Assembly: GCA_951406725.2 (NCBI GenBank)
Contig: OX597823.1
Coordinates: 50,344,001-50,408,000 of the forward strand
Reading direction: 5' to 3'
DNA length: 64,000 bases
Source: Octopus vulgaris
Taxonomy: Eukaryota
Shown here: piece after piece, positions 1-12,830 of the stretch
How the letters are laid out: every line of letters starts with the position of its first letter
Position numbering within the stretch: the first letter of the stretch is position 1
Program-made: the position numbers and the translations under genes
Notes under the pieces: generated by a model
Databases searched by the model: none
Seen by the model: the letters and a program-made list of their open reading frames with translations, nothing else
Told to the model about the DNA's origin: nothing

Positions 1-255
1 TTGAGAGGTGTATTGCTATAGAGTAGATGCATGAGTACCCTACATTATATAGGGATGGGTGTAAGTAGCTGGAAAGAATATAGAGATGATGGTGACTAGA
101 TGCCAGAGCATTTCAGAATAAACAGTGCTATGTGGGGAAGAAGTAGCAGATGGTCATAAATCAATTAGATTTTGAGGTTTCTGTTAAGGGATGCTGCTTT
201 AGATGGAGTAATCACAGTTGTATTTCATAATATATTTTCATGTTTTCTTTTTCAG

Positions 256-305
256 TTATGTCATGTTCAAGTGACAAGAAAATCTACCTTGGTGAAATAG
301 CTTGA
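256..305 (+). CDS. SNRNP40: Terminal coding exon of U5 snRNP 40 kDa WD40 protein (gene starts left of window)
   Basis: Polypyrimidine acceptor ttttctttttcag at 243-255, then (x)TT-MSCSSDKKIYLGEIA-TGA, resembling the recalled SNRNP40 C-terminus IISASSDKRLYMGEIQ*. Downstream AATAAA near 763 and 790. Only about 16 codons are available. Confidence 0.75.
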
Positions 306-1697
306 AGATATTAAATTTTCATTCATGTGGTTTAAGAGGTTAAAAAGAAAAAGATCCTCATTTTGTCTCGACTGTTCATATGTCACTCATTTATTTCTTA
401 TCAATGCCTTGTCCCTCTCTTGTCAGTTTGAAACATTCTCACAGACAATATTACTTATCCCTTTTATGTAACAGAAGCAGTATTAGATTAAAATAAATAG
501 CCATCTATGTATCATACTTAATGTAAATACATTCTTGAAAGGCGAATTTACTGTGGTATTTGTCTGGAGGCAACATCTCTAATGAATGTGTTGTGCTGGA
601 AAATGCAATATATGTTAGATGCAGACAAAAATCGCCCTAGCAGGAGCTAGTGAGAACATTCGATACATTTCTGCCTCATTGAGCATTGTCAATAGCATAT
701 ATTCACAATCAGATGCTTGTTAAGACAAAAATTTTCACCACCTAATATATAGGAAAACAGTGAATAAACACTGATGTTACAAATAGCTCAATAAAAATCT
801 GTTATATGGAACAGGATAGTAGATTAAAATAGTAATTTATGTATCATACTTCATGTAAACATGTATTTATATTATGATACATAGATTTTTTAAACATAGT
901 TATATAGCTTTCTGCTCTGTTATTGTATATTTGAGGTAAAATAGTGGTGGAATTGCAGTGCTTGATCAACACATCGTCATAGGTTCCTGTTTTACAACAG
1001 TCAAGGTGTTGTGTTCCTCATTAAGAAATTTGTGGCTCCTACTGCTCTGTTGAGCAGTTGGGAATAAGAAAGGCATTTATGTTTCAACATAATCCATCCA
1101 TGGGAGCAGAGTAAAATAGCTGTCATATGCAGGTTTAAATCCTTATGGTAAATGGGAATGAAACGTTTGAAAATGAGATAACTGTAACTATTCTACTAGT
1201 GATTTATACTATGTACTGGATATAAGCTTGGTAAAAATAAATTTCTAACTGATATATAACCTGTTACATATACTAAGGCAGTCATACACCAATTAGAAAT
1301 TATGATTTCATCTGCAACTTTTTTTTTCTATCCTTTATCTCTGTCATATAATTTCATTTCACCACCACCTTATTGCAAACTGAATACTGATGTGTGAGCT
1401 TCCTATGTCGAACCAACACAAAATATTTTCAAGTATTTACAATTATTTTTTTAATAAAACATTTGAAACAAAATAAAAAAAACAAACAAAACTCACCAGA
1501 TCTCTTGTTAATTTTTTTTCATCATGTACTTGTTTCAGTGATAGAGTTGCAGCCTTCAAGGGTTTCTTCAAACAAATTGACCCCAGTACTTAATATTTTA
1601 AGTCTAATACTTTATTGTGTTGATTTGCTAAGGTATGGGGATGTAAACAAACCATCACTGGTTGTCAAGTGATGGGGGAACAAACAGAAAACACACA

Positions 1698-1752
<55 letters not shown>

Positions 1753-2625
1753 GCATGTTGCTTAGTGGTTAGGAATGTTCAACTTACAATCATATGGTTG
1801 TGAGTTCAATTCCTGATGGCACGTTTTGTCCTGGAGCAAGACACTTTATTTCATATTTGTTCCAGTCCACTCAGCTGAAATGGAGAGTTGCTGAAGAGAT
1901 CACAAAGATTTCCAGGCAAAGGATATAAAAATAAGAACAATAATTAATCTGAAGTGATGAACAAATATTATAGTGCAGGTGTTTATTTGGTGCAAAAAAA
2001 ACAAAAAAAACCCCCAAAATTTCAATGACCATCTAAAAATATAACAAATTACAGAAAGGCTTTAGCCACCAGGTCAGCTGACCTGATTAAGTGAGTGACC
2101 CTATAATCAAAAGGCATTCCAGTCGTGACCATATTGTATTTTTCTTTTAAGAGTATCTACGTTTACAATTATCCAATGTGTTCTTCCTTTTTAAAAACAG
2201 TAAAGTGATTTGGCTGCTACTTCTAGCATATCAGTAGACTATTTATGTGGCATCTTTTGTTTTATAACTGATGAGTTTAAAATGTGTAGTCAATGTCAAA
2301 GCTTGCTGCAAAACTGGGAATAATAATTAAAAAAACAAAACAAATATATAAGTACAGGTAATCAAACTTTAATTATTTTTTACCTTACCAAAAAGAAATG
2401 ACTACAAAACTCCGAGCTGTGGTTAGTTAGTTAATTAATTATTTATTTAAACATGAACTTCGCTCTATTTCGAAGGCACTATAATGAATAACTTAAATGT
2501 CGTAAGTTTATATGCAGGAATAAAGATTTATCCCCCTTGCATCGTGTAAATTCCGACCATTTCAATCTTGTCGCTGTATTTCTAACTGTAAATCCCAACC
2601 ACTGTATTTTAAATTAAGTGTGAAG

Positions 2626-2661
<36 letters not shown>

Positions 2662-3149
2662 GAAGGATTGAATAAAATAAACATCTTTTTACATTATTAG
2701 TCTGGTGCATGAAATATAACATATACAAGTTCTTAGAAACTATAGTGACTAGTTTTCAGAACACTTTCAATCAAGAGTCAAAATATTGAAACGGTTGCAA
2801 GATACAACGAAAATTTTAGAAAAATAAAAGTAAGAAAAAAGTGGAAATTTTACCGGTGAGTAAGGCACAAAAAGAAAATCACTCTCCCCAGACACAACAG
2901 AACTCATAAAGAATCTTGCAAACCAATTCCAAAAACGAAATTTAACTCAAGAGTTTTTTTTTTCTATTATAGAACCCAGAGCAAAGAATTAAAACTGACA
3001 TTTATTTATTTCGTTGTTTTTAACAATTTTAAGTTCCTTACAAACATGCTTTTGAAGAACCAAGCCTGTATTATAATTTAGTTTTCCCAGTTAAAGCCAT
3101 TTGACTTTACTTTTTTCATGTAATGCTTTTGGCAAAGGCACAAGTATCT

Positions 3150-3420
3150 CAATATTTTTTTTTAATAATAATGAAATTATTGTATACAGTGCTCAGGTGC
3201 ACCACAACTTGTCAAAAGTGCGTATGAAGCATATGCAGTAATGTACAAATGTCTGAAAAGTGAACAGTTTATGAGTCAGATACATGCTTGCATGTGTATG
3301 GAGGGGAGAAAATCAGGTGTAGTGTCTGCGAATCTCAGGAAACATGGAAGTTTTGAAAAGGATGCAGTGCTCCGACAACTAACGACAGATGCCGGCAGTT
3401 TGTTCCATACTTCAGCAACT
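3150..3420 (-). mobile_element. CR1/L2-like LINE 3' end fragment
   Basis: Minus strand reads VAEVWNKLPASVVSCRSTASF, typical of a CR1-group ORF2 C-terminus, followed by a 3' UTR and A-rich tail. Confidence 0.65.
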
Positions 3421-3439
3421 CATGTCAATCTGTAGGCTA

Positions 3440-4300
3440 TTGAATAGAGTCAGGAGTTTTTTAACATTTAGGTACCTTATTTGCTTTATTCATCAAATAA
3501 CAACAGAAGCAGTCTAGAAGTAGAGGCCATCCTGTTGTACTGGCTGAAGCTAGTTCTTTGATCCCACACTGATCAGTTCTTGTCCTTTGAGGTGAAGAAT
3601 TATTTCACTGAAGTTTCCACCTCCTCTTGGTTGATGAAGTGTTGCAGGCACAGGAAGTGAGCCATCAATTGGAACAAATAATAATCTGAGGGAGCTTGGT
3701 CCAGACTATATGCTGGGTATGGCATCAGTTTGATTCTCTCAGTTTCCTACAGTTTATTCTGGGTCGTTTGAGCAGTGTGAGGTCTTGCGTTATCTTGCTG
3801 CAGAAGAGTTCGCTTTCTGTTAAGCGATGCTAGGTATTTTCGCTGCACAGTGGCATACATATACTCCAGCAGTTTGGAGCATAGGTTGGCATTGATGGTT
3901 CAACCGTCTGGAACAAACTCATAGTGAATTATCCCCCTCGTAATTCCACCAGGTGCAGAACATTACCTTGTATTCAAAACGCCCATGTTTGGCAACAATT
4001 TCCGGAAACTGGCCCTTGTTTAAGTACTGCTTATACATGTTAGGATTGTAAAAAAATATTTCCCTTGGGTTATCACTTCCTCCAAACCATGGCTTACTTC
4101 CTGCACTCACAATGCTTCTTCAGCCATGAGGAGGTGGAAGCTTCAGCGACGGAGTTCTTTGCTTTGAAGGACAAGAAAGGTGGCTTTAGATGGTGCAACA
4201 CAATGGTCTCTACTTTGAATGCTAGACTTCTTTTAGTTGTAACTTGATGAATAGAGCAAGTAAGTTACCAAAATATTACAAAACTGTTGACTCAACACAA
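3440..4300. mobile_element. Decayed mariner (DD34D) element with two 3' ends in inverted orientation
   Basis: Minus strand gives QQDNARPHTA and YPAYSLDQAPSDYYLFQLMAHFL (3560-3830); plus strand 4060-4300 is a second copy of the C-terminus and 3' end. Confidence 0.8.
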
Positions 4301-4891
4301 TGTTCCAAGTGGAAAAAGAAATATTTTCACTCAGCTTCAGGGATTTACTATCATCATCATCATCATTTAACGTCTGCTTGCCATGCTAGCATGGGTTGGA
4401 CGTTTCAACTGGGGTCTGGGAAGCCAGAAGGCTGCACCAGGCCCAGTCTGATCTGGCAGTGTTTCTACCAGATCAGACTGGGCCTGGTGCAGTCTATATT
4501 ATTGAGCCCAGAGAATGAGAGAGAAATGAAAGCTAAAGACAAGTTCGACAGGGTTTTGAATGTAGGACCAAGACTAGATACACCAACGAAACTTCTTTCC
4601 ATTTAACTCTTTGGCATTTAAACAGACCATGTCAGACCCAAATATTCCACCTGTTTAATGTTCAAACTGTTGCAACGTGACCTCTTGCACAATGTCATTT
4701 TAAAATTATATAAATTCACATCATTGATATCTTAAAGCTACCTGATAATACATAATTAATTCAAAACAATGCAAATTAATAAATATTAAATTTGATAGAG
4801 TAATCTGAATGCTAAAGGGTTAAATATTAAACAGCTGAAACAGAAAAGTACAATTCATTTCTAAGTCATTATTATTTTTTTTAATCTTTGT

Positions 4892-5134
4892 TTAACCCTT
4901 TCAATTCCAACCCACCTCTGACCACTCTTGGTTCTACTATACAAATTCCCTGTTTTAAAGTGATCTTAATTAAATCCTTCCATTAAAATTTCATATTAAT
5001 TTATATCCAAAACACCAGCTTAATAAAGAAAATGTGATATTAGTAAATTCTTCATTATTTTTGAAAATTAGTTAAAACAAAGACGGAGTGTTTCAACAGA
5101 AATACAGTAAAAGAAAAAAAAAAGTGGGGGTTAA
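4892..5134. mobile_element. TTAA-flanked (piggyBac-like) MITE; related copies near 4602-4823, 9412-9620, 10017-10200, 10737-11257, 19460-19670
   Basis: Ends ttaaccc...gggttaa with shared internal AT-rich motifs across copies. Confidence 0.5.
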
Positions 5135-5168
5135 AATGAAAATGGAATACTTGAAGTAGACCTTATCT

Positions 5169-5255
5169 TTAATGAGGCCATACACAAAGATGAGGTTTCG
5201 ATGGTGGTCCTTTCAAACACTCTTGTAATTCTTCACAGCCTGGAGGTGACCAGTT
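5169..5255 (-). CDS. GALNS: GALNS exon 14 (terminal coding part)
   Basis: tag|NWSPPGCEELQECLKGPPSKPHLCVWPH-TAA, resembling the recalled human C-terminus [28 protein letters not shown]. Confidence 0.96.
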   Translation of the reverse strand, partial: NWSPPGCEELQECLKGPPSKPHLCVWPH

Positions 5256-6343
5256 CTAAGGAGGTGGGAGAGAAAAATAAGAAACAAACCTCAAAACAGT
5301 TTTTCATTTTAAATGAATATTACAACAAATTAAAACAAAGAAAATAAAATATCTCAACATGTATTTGTAAATGTAGACATGTATACATATGACCTTGTGA
5401 GTGAATTAGGAAACTGTAGGAAGCCTCGTGTGTGTAAATGTACATGAATGTTGATTTCCAATGGTTTCACTGGAATGAAACAGTATGTTTAAATTCCTTG
5501 ATATCATGACTTGTTAATCAGTGCTTTTGAAGATCTGTGAATCTTTTAGTATTTAAATAGATGTAGCAAAGGTTGAACACATCATAACACCATGGCTGTA
5601 TGGTATGAAGTTTGCTGCCCAACCACATGGTTCTGGGTTCAGTCTCACTGCATGGCATCTCAGGCAATTTTCTTCGTCTATAGCTCTGGGCCAACTAAAG
5701 CCCTGTTAGTAGATTTGGTAGACGGAAACTGAAAGAAGCCGGTTTTGTGTATGCATGTATGTATGCATACCATCTCCTTGCCTTGACATCATGTGGTAGT
5801 TGTAAGCGAGTGTCACTGTCATGCCATATCCAGCTCAAATATTCTGCTTGTTTTATGTTCAAACTGGCTAAATCCAGCTCCTCACATTTACCTATAAAAG
5901 GTCATTAAAAAAATAAACAGTCACATCATTGAAATCTCAAAGCTATGAAATAGTGCTTGATTAACCGAAAACAATGTGAATGAAAAAAACATTACATTTG
6001 ATAGACCAATCTAAATGCTAAAAGGTGAAACAAAATAATTCCTTAAATGAAGATCAATTGAGGTTTAGTGATAAAGTTTTATAACTTGTTGCTCTTCTTC
6101 CTGTAACCATTCAATCCACACAAGCATTGAAAATGAACAAATAACCAATTTCAGTGCTACTCAGAATGCATAGAAATGAATAACTGACTCTAGTTTATGT
6201 ATCGAGTACACTTGCTTTTCCATTTGAACAGCCAAACTTATATATTATTACCATCATATTTTCACTGTTTCAAAAAATTATTATTTCACTTTCTCTCAAA
6301 GTTTCTAGTCTTATATCATCAATAGTTTTATATATATATATAT

Positions 6344-6501
6344 ATTCATTATATTAAGGGCTATTACTATACAAAAATACCTCACGCCGTAAGGGACTCT
6401 TAAAGTCAAAACTACTTTAATAAATACACATGGTATTGACTTTAAGAGTCCCTTACAGTGAAAGGTATTTACGTGTTGTAATAGCCCTTAATATAATGAA
6501 T
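6344..6501. repeat. Imperfect palindrome/foldback beside (TA)n
   Basis: attcattatattaagggctattac / gtaatagcccttaatataatgaat and gtaagggactcttaaagtcaa / ttgactttaagagtcccttac. Confidence 0.85.
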
Positions 6502-7102
6502 GTATTTATATCTAAAGGGAATAATTATATATTTTGTATAAATTTTTTCCCTTAACTGGTTTTTCATGCTAGCTACTTGATAAATTCTTATATAGATTTT
6601 ATCCTTATATTTAATTTATATATATATATATATAAACCAGTACTTGGTCAGTTGCGACAATGAGGGTTCCGTTTGATGTGACTTATGGAACATACTGCTT
6701 GTAAAATTAACATGAAAGTGGTTGAACAATCGACATAGAATGTGATAAAGCTGGTCCCTTTGAAATACAAATAATTTTGCTCGCTGAGTGGACTAGAGCA
6801 AAATGAAATAAAGTGTCATTTTCAAGGGCAGATGAACTCATAACTTTATGATCATGAACCAAATACACCTAACCACTAAACCATACACCTTCACACACAC
6901 ACATACATACATACATAGAGAAAGTCGATATAGAATGTACTAAGGAAGCAGGATAGGGGCATGTTTATTAAAAATTACAAGCTCAGCTGCAAAAAAAATT
7001 AAATTTAAAGCTTGACTGGTAAAGAAAAAGAAATTTTACTCTATAAATTATGTAACATGTTAATATTTGTATAACAAACTGTTTGATTATTCATTAAATT
7101 AC

Positions 7103-7220
7103 CTGTATTGCTTTATCACACCAATTAAGTTGAGGCTTGCCAGGAACCAAATCTTTGAGATGTTTCCACACTATTTTCTGGAATTCAGGCATAACAGCAT
7201 GATAGGTAGGGTGAGTATGC
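7103..7220 (-). CDS. GALNS: GALNS exon 13
   Basis: cag|(K)HTHPTYHAVMPEFQKIVWKHLKDLVPGKPQLNWCDKAIQ|gtaatt; 118 nt. Confidence 0.95.
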
Positions 7221-7789
7221 CTGAGGAAACACAAAAGTTGAGTTAAACATTTACTTAACTTTTCCAAAGAAAAAACAAAAAACTAGGAAAGCACTCGGAG
7301 AGCGCAAACCTCCGTCAAGCAGCTCATTTCCACCCATATACACGCATGATGAAAATTGCCCAATTTCCCAAACAAACTCCGGCAAAAACATAACTTCCTC
7401 CCATACTTATCTCAACCATCATCGTCATCAACACTGTCTCTCCTTTCACTACAATCACCGTCAAAATTATGATCATCCCAATCACTGTCAAAACTACAAT
7501 CACCACAATCAGTTTCTTTACACGGTTGAAAATCCATTATCTGAACTCATGGGACTGAGATTGTTGCAGATTTCTGATTTTTCTAATTTTAGAGTGCTTT
7601 ATTAAAAAAAGAAAAAATTGCATCTGCAAAATGGAACAGTTTGAGGATAGAAACCAAGTCAAAACACAATAGCTTATAGACATACTCTGAATGTAGTTCT
7701 ATATAAATCTTTGATAATTTTTTTTATACTTAAGAATATCAGAAATGTTAAGATATCAGCCTCTACCCACATTGTCATGCTTGGAGTAA

Positions 7790-8320
7790 AACGTTACAGC
7801 ATAGATTAGATTACTTAGATAAGTTTTGGCCAAAGTTGACTCAGGCCATGTCTAACTTAATAGCACCACCTGGAAGAGATCCACAGTCGGCTCTGGGGAA
7901 CCATAGCCCATTCAAGCAGAGGGTTATTGTTTTTAGCGACATATCTGGGTCTGGATGGTTTATCTGGTATTTATTAGGGGTAATCATCTAGGTATTGTTT
8001 GAATGCTGTGAAGTCACTTTCCTCCTTTATGAGTGTCTGGCACGATGTTGAAGAGAGCAGGGCCAATTGAGGTGAAATAGTTCTGTCAGTGTTGTAATAT
8101 GACACAAACATTTCTGTAGTGGACAGATAGCATGGGGGCCAAGCCTCAGATGAATTTTAAAGATGGGCAATGTTGATGGAATATTTTTCACATCATACAG
8201 ATGATATAGAGCTCACAGCAGCAGTGGAGCAGGCAAAGCCTGAGCTTTTTGAGTCGATCCCAATAGTCAAGGCTTGTCATGTCATCCTCCACAGACCTCC
8301 ACCAAGAAGCTCATTTTAAG
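7790..8320 (-). mobile_element. CR1/L2-like LINE ORF2 C-terminal relic
   Basis: Minus strand LDYWDRLKKLRL...ELYIIC resembles the LDYWERLKKL..YSLQRRRERYII motif. Confidence 0.65.
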
Positions 8321-11300
8321 GTAGATACATGAGTAAAATTACTAATAGAGAAATGAAAATAAACTTTGGAAACAGCAACGCCACCATAGGTTACATAGAA
8401 ACGATGAACACGTTTTCAAGGGAGATAATCAAAGAATGTAACATTGCAATGGTAAGATAGGATGTGATTTGAAAACAATTCAGCTGCTTTTTCTAGCAGG
8501 TCAAGTGATCATGTAGAGACTCTCTTAATGGCTTGCATTATCTTTTGGTCTATATTGGCAGGTATAGAAGAGTAACTGAGGTGTTATCATCAATTTACAT
8601 GCTGCTCTTTTCCACATTTGTATGGGTCAAATGGAATTTGTTGAAGTGGATTTTCCACAGCTGGATGCTCTTCCTGTTGCCAACACTCACCTCTTTCCAA
8701 GTTAGGTGATATTTCCCCCACAACCAGACATGTTTGCATGGAAGACTGGGAACAAAGGATACCACTAACTTGACTGAGACACTTGCTTACAGCTATCATA
8801 TGATGTCAAGGCAAGGAGATGAAATGCATACAAACATACATACATGTAACAGGTTTCTTTCAGTTTCCATCAACCAAATTCACTAACAGGGCATTTATTG
8901 GCCTAGGAATATAGCAGAAGACACCTACCTGAGGTGTCACATACTGGGACTGAACCCAGAACCATGTGGCTGGGCTGCAAACTTCTAATTACACAGCTAC
9001 AGTGTTATATATTCAACTTTTACTATATAACCTTGCTACATCTATTGTACTGTCTCTAGACAATGTCAGAACAACTGCAATAAAGCTTTCACCTGTTGAT
9101 AAACATAAATTCTATAGAAGCCATGGACAGTCCTCTCAGAGCAGTGGATAGTTGCAATGATATGCCATCAGAGAGCCTTCTGCTTTACTCTAATGAATAA
9201 TTTATAGAGAGATAGTCAGTTCTGAATGTATAAAATTTTAGAAGAAATTTCTCATTCTTCAATGAAGTGTCTCATGTGATGCATAGCATATTCTTCAAGT
9301 GGAAGCCGATCCAGCAAATTCTTAATAATAATCTCAAAATATATATCACCATTCAATTAACATGCCTGTCTTGTGATTTATGGTTTCATTAAAATACCAA
9401 TACAAACAACATTTAACCATTATGTTATCTTATTTCTGTTGAAATAAAGAGATTATTTCTGTTAATTTTGAATAAAATAAAATAAGGAAGAATTTAATAA
9501 AATGATTTTGTCATTATTAAGCTGGTGTTTGGAACTTAAATCTACATAAAATTTTAATGGTAGGAAGTTTGTTTCCTATTACCAGGGGCAGTCTCAAATA
9601 GGTTGAGATCAAAAGGGTTAGGACGAAGGTGGGATCCTCTATATGATAACTCAGCTTACTAGAAATAGCAGTTAAAATTCCAGTAAATCACACATTACTG
9701 TTTTAAAAATAGCAAGGAAACCAGTGGCTTCCATCTAGGGTGTAGTGATGCTGTACGGTATCATAAACAATAAAGGTTGTCGAGGTTTTAAGTTTAAGTA
9801 ACACAATTGACAAAAATAAGTAAAAGTGCATATCTTAAATATGAAAGATTGGAGAGGTAGGGAGAGAGAGAGAGAGAGAGTGAGAGAGAATAAAGCATTG
9901 AAGATTTTCCGCTGGAGCTTATATTTTTTATATTAAAGTAAAACAAGAGTGTCACATGTACTATTGAAATAGGGTAAAAGAAGTTACAGAAACTTTGGAG
10001 ACCACTACTCTATATTTTAACCCTTTTCTTACCATATTTCTGTAGAAATATGCAGCCTTTGTATCATTTAATTTTGAAAATAATGAATTGTTCAGTCAAA
10101 TAATTTGCTATTTATTAATAAGCTGGTGTTTGCAAAATAACTTAAAATGAAATTTTAAAACAAGGAAGTTTGCATTGTAAAAACAAGGGCAGTTAAAAAA
10201 AACCCCAAAGGATCATGGCTTGAACATCCTGATCATAGATCTACTCAGTTAAGGTTGAACATGGGCAAAACAACAAGAATAACAACAACATTACTTAATA
10301 TATTAAAGAACTTGACTACACTTCTATAAACCAAAATTGCAAGGAAACCAGTAGATCTGCCTACCTCCTCTTGAGTGCTAACTGTGTCATATACAATTAG
10401 TAGAACTGATGTTTCTTAGGGAATTCACAGCCTGTGTTTATAGCTTTCATTTTGTTAGTTCAACTATTTGGGAAAAGTTTTAGGTGCACATCTTGCTTGA
10501 ATTTTATGCTGGTCAGACATCTCTGAATGACATAGCTGGAGTTGGATGGCATAGTTGGAGTTTGTACCACCCAAACAGGTCCTTGGGTTGGTTGTTTTAT
10601 CTCACAAGAAATGCAATAAAATACATTGAAAATGCTGCCCCTTCTTTGTCCTGTTTAACTCTGCTAGTGCCATATTATTAGACACAAGGTGCAGTGACAT
10701 GATTCACATGTATTTCCATTCTGCTAATCTCTCAATTAGCTCTTTTGTTACCAATTTCTGTTGAAATTGTGGGATGACATCAGCAGCTGGGGAGCTGACC
10801 GGAACTTGGGGCTGACGGAAAGAGGAAGGGGCAGGAGTGACGTGCACGCAGGCAGGGGAGCATTGGGCCTTTTCGATCGGGGTAGCTGACAGAGCTGGAC
10901 GTGTGAGCGCTTTGTCAATGTAGGGGAAAAGCAGCTGCTATTTCTAGCGTTCAGGTTGGGCCACATGGAAGGGTGCGTTACCACTGGAGAAGTCTGTGTC
11001 GACGAAGAGAAGGTAGGTGTCCTTATTTCAAATCTCCCGCATACACCACAGACATTACACAGCATTTGTTTCTATAAATTTTCAAAATAAAGAATTAGGT
11101 AAAATAACTTTGTCCTTTGTCCTTACGAAGCTGATGTTTAAGATATAAATTAAAAAGAAATTTTTATGAAAGTCATTAAATTATATCACTTTAAGCATGA
11201 AGTTTGTATCATAGAACCAGGGCCAGGCTCAGGTGGGTTGGTATCATAAGGGTTAAACTTCACATTTTAGTCCTTGTCTGAATTTGAAGATCCAAGGCTG

Positions 11301-11632
11301 ATGCTTGTCCCCATTTCCCATACTTTTAAGTAGTTGAGAGATAAATCTTTCTCGTGGATAGTATGCTGAACTTTACAGAAGGAACAGAGCTGGAGAAAAA
11401 TTTTAAATTCAAAGCTTGACTGGTAAAGAGAAAGAAATTTTAATCAATAAACTATGTATTATGTTATATTTCCATACTTAGGCATATCACCTTACTTGGA
11501 AAGAGGTGAGTGTTGGCAACAGGAAGAGCATCCAGCTGTGGAAAATCTACTTCAACAAATTCCATTTGACCCATACAAATGTGGAAAAGAGCAGCATGGA
11601 AATTGATGATAACACCTGTTACTCTTCTTGAT

Positions 11633-11808
11633 GGCCTTTTGGCTAAGATCAATGTGTAGTAGCTGTTCTTAGCTTAATATCTGATACGGTCCCTATTTGA
11701 GGTCATTGATATTAAACTGATATTTAGAACAAGACAAAGAGTTAGGAGCTTGCTCCACCTTTGCTATGGGTTGCTATGGGTATTGCAATACTTACAGGAT
11801 TCGACCCA
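11633..11808 (+). pseudogene. U2 snRNA pseudogene (near full length, decayed)
   Basis: ggccttttggctaagatcaa(t)gtgtagtagctgttctt...taatatctgatacg...ggagcttgctcc...ggtattgcaatac matches U2 in order; Sm site degraded (atatttag), with indels and a ttgctatggg duplication. Confidence 0.92.
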
Positions 11809-12708
11809 TCATTCTATATTTCTATGACAAACTGTTTAATTATTCATTGAATAACCTGTATGGTTTTTAAATTTTTATTAGGGTTTTCCCTCTCCTAGAT
11901 CGCTTGTTAACCAAAGAGCAACTCTTTGTCCACATGGTGAGTTTATCCCATGTCAGTAGTACAGCCAGTAGAACAGTCCACCCCTTTTATGGGGACAACA
12001 CTTTTGGGTCAGCTGAAAAAGCCTGTATAGACTTAGGGGCTAGAGGATTAGGAGGAAGGTGACAGGCTTAAAGGCAATCCCAGGTGACACACAGTCTAGC
12101 TATGCCACTACAGACCCTCCAGTTAAATTAGCTGCAAGAACAAATTGACTGTCTTTACTCAGACACACAACAAAATATTAAGGATGAGATCGCCTTACTG
12201 GCACTTGAGCCCCATGCTAGTAGGGTGCTAAACCATCCAAGCATGATCGTAGGCCAGAGCGGCTAACTGGCCTCCATGCCGGTGGCACGTAAGAGGCAAC
12301 ATTCGAGGGTGATCGTTACCAGCATCGCCTTACTGGCACCTGTGCCGGTGCCATGTGTAAAAAGATTTGAGCGAGGTCATTGCCAGTACCGCCTGACTGG
12401 CCCCCGTGCAGGTGGCATGTAAAAGCACCCACCACACTCTCGGAGTGGTTGGCATTAGGAAGGGCATTCAGCTGTAGAAACTCTACCAGATCAAGATTGA
12501 AGCCTGGTGCAGCCATCTGGTTTGCCGGCCCTCAGTCAAATCGGCCAACCCATGCTAGCATGGAAAGTGGATGTTAAATGATGATGATATAAATTTCACA
12601 AGTAAAGAAATAACTGTTAGTCTTTTATAATTTAGTCTGTCAGAAAAAATATCTTTGCATCTCTTTCAACAACATTATGCTTAAGCTAAATAGTTAAAAA
12701 CAACTCAC

Positions 12709-12830
12709 TTGATTAGATATTTTTCACCTGGGTCGACAGCAATATTAAATAACAATGGCATTGATGAATGATTTATTTGCTTGTGGGTAGTGACATTTAA
12801 TATAAATTGACCAGGACAAAACTCAACACC
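12709..12830 (-). CDS. GALNS: GALNS exon 12
   Basis: cag|GVEFCPGQFILNVTTHKQINHSSMPLLFNIAVDPGEKYLI(K)|gtgagt; 122 nt. Confidence 0.96.

Noticed and set aside
11633-11808. Functional U2 snRNA gene
   Set aside because: Sm site degraded, 5' end altered, internal indels, and bounded by a TSD within an insertion
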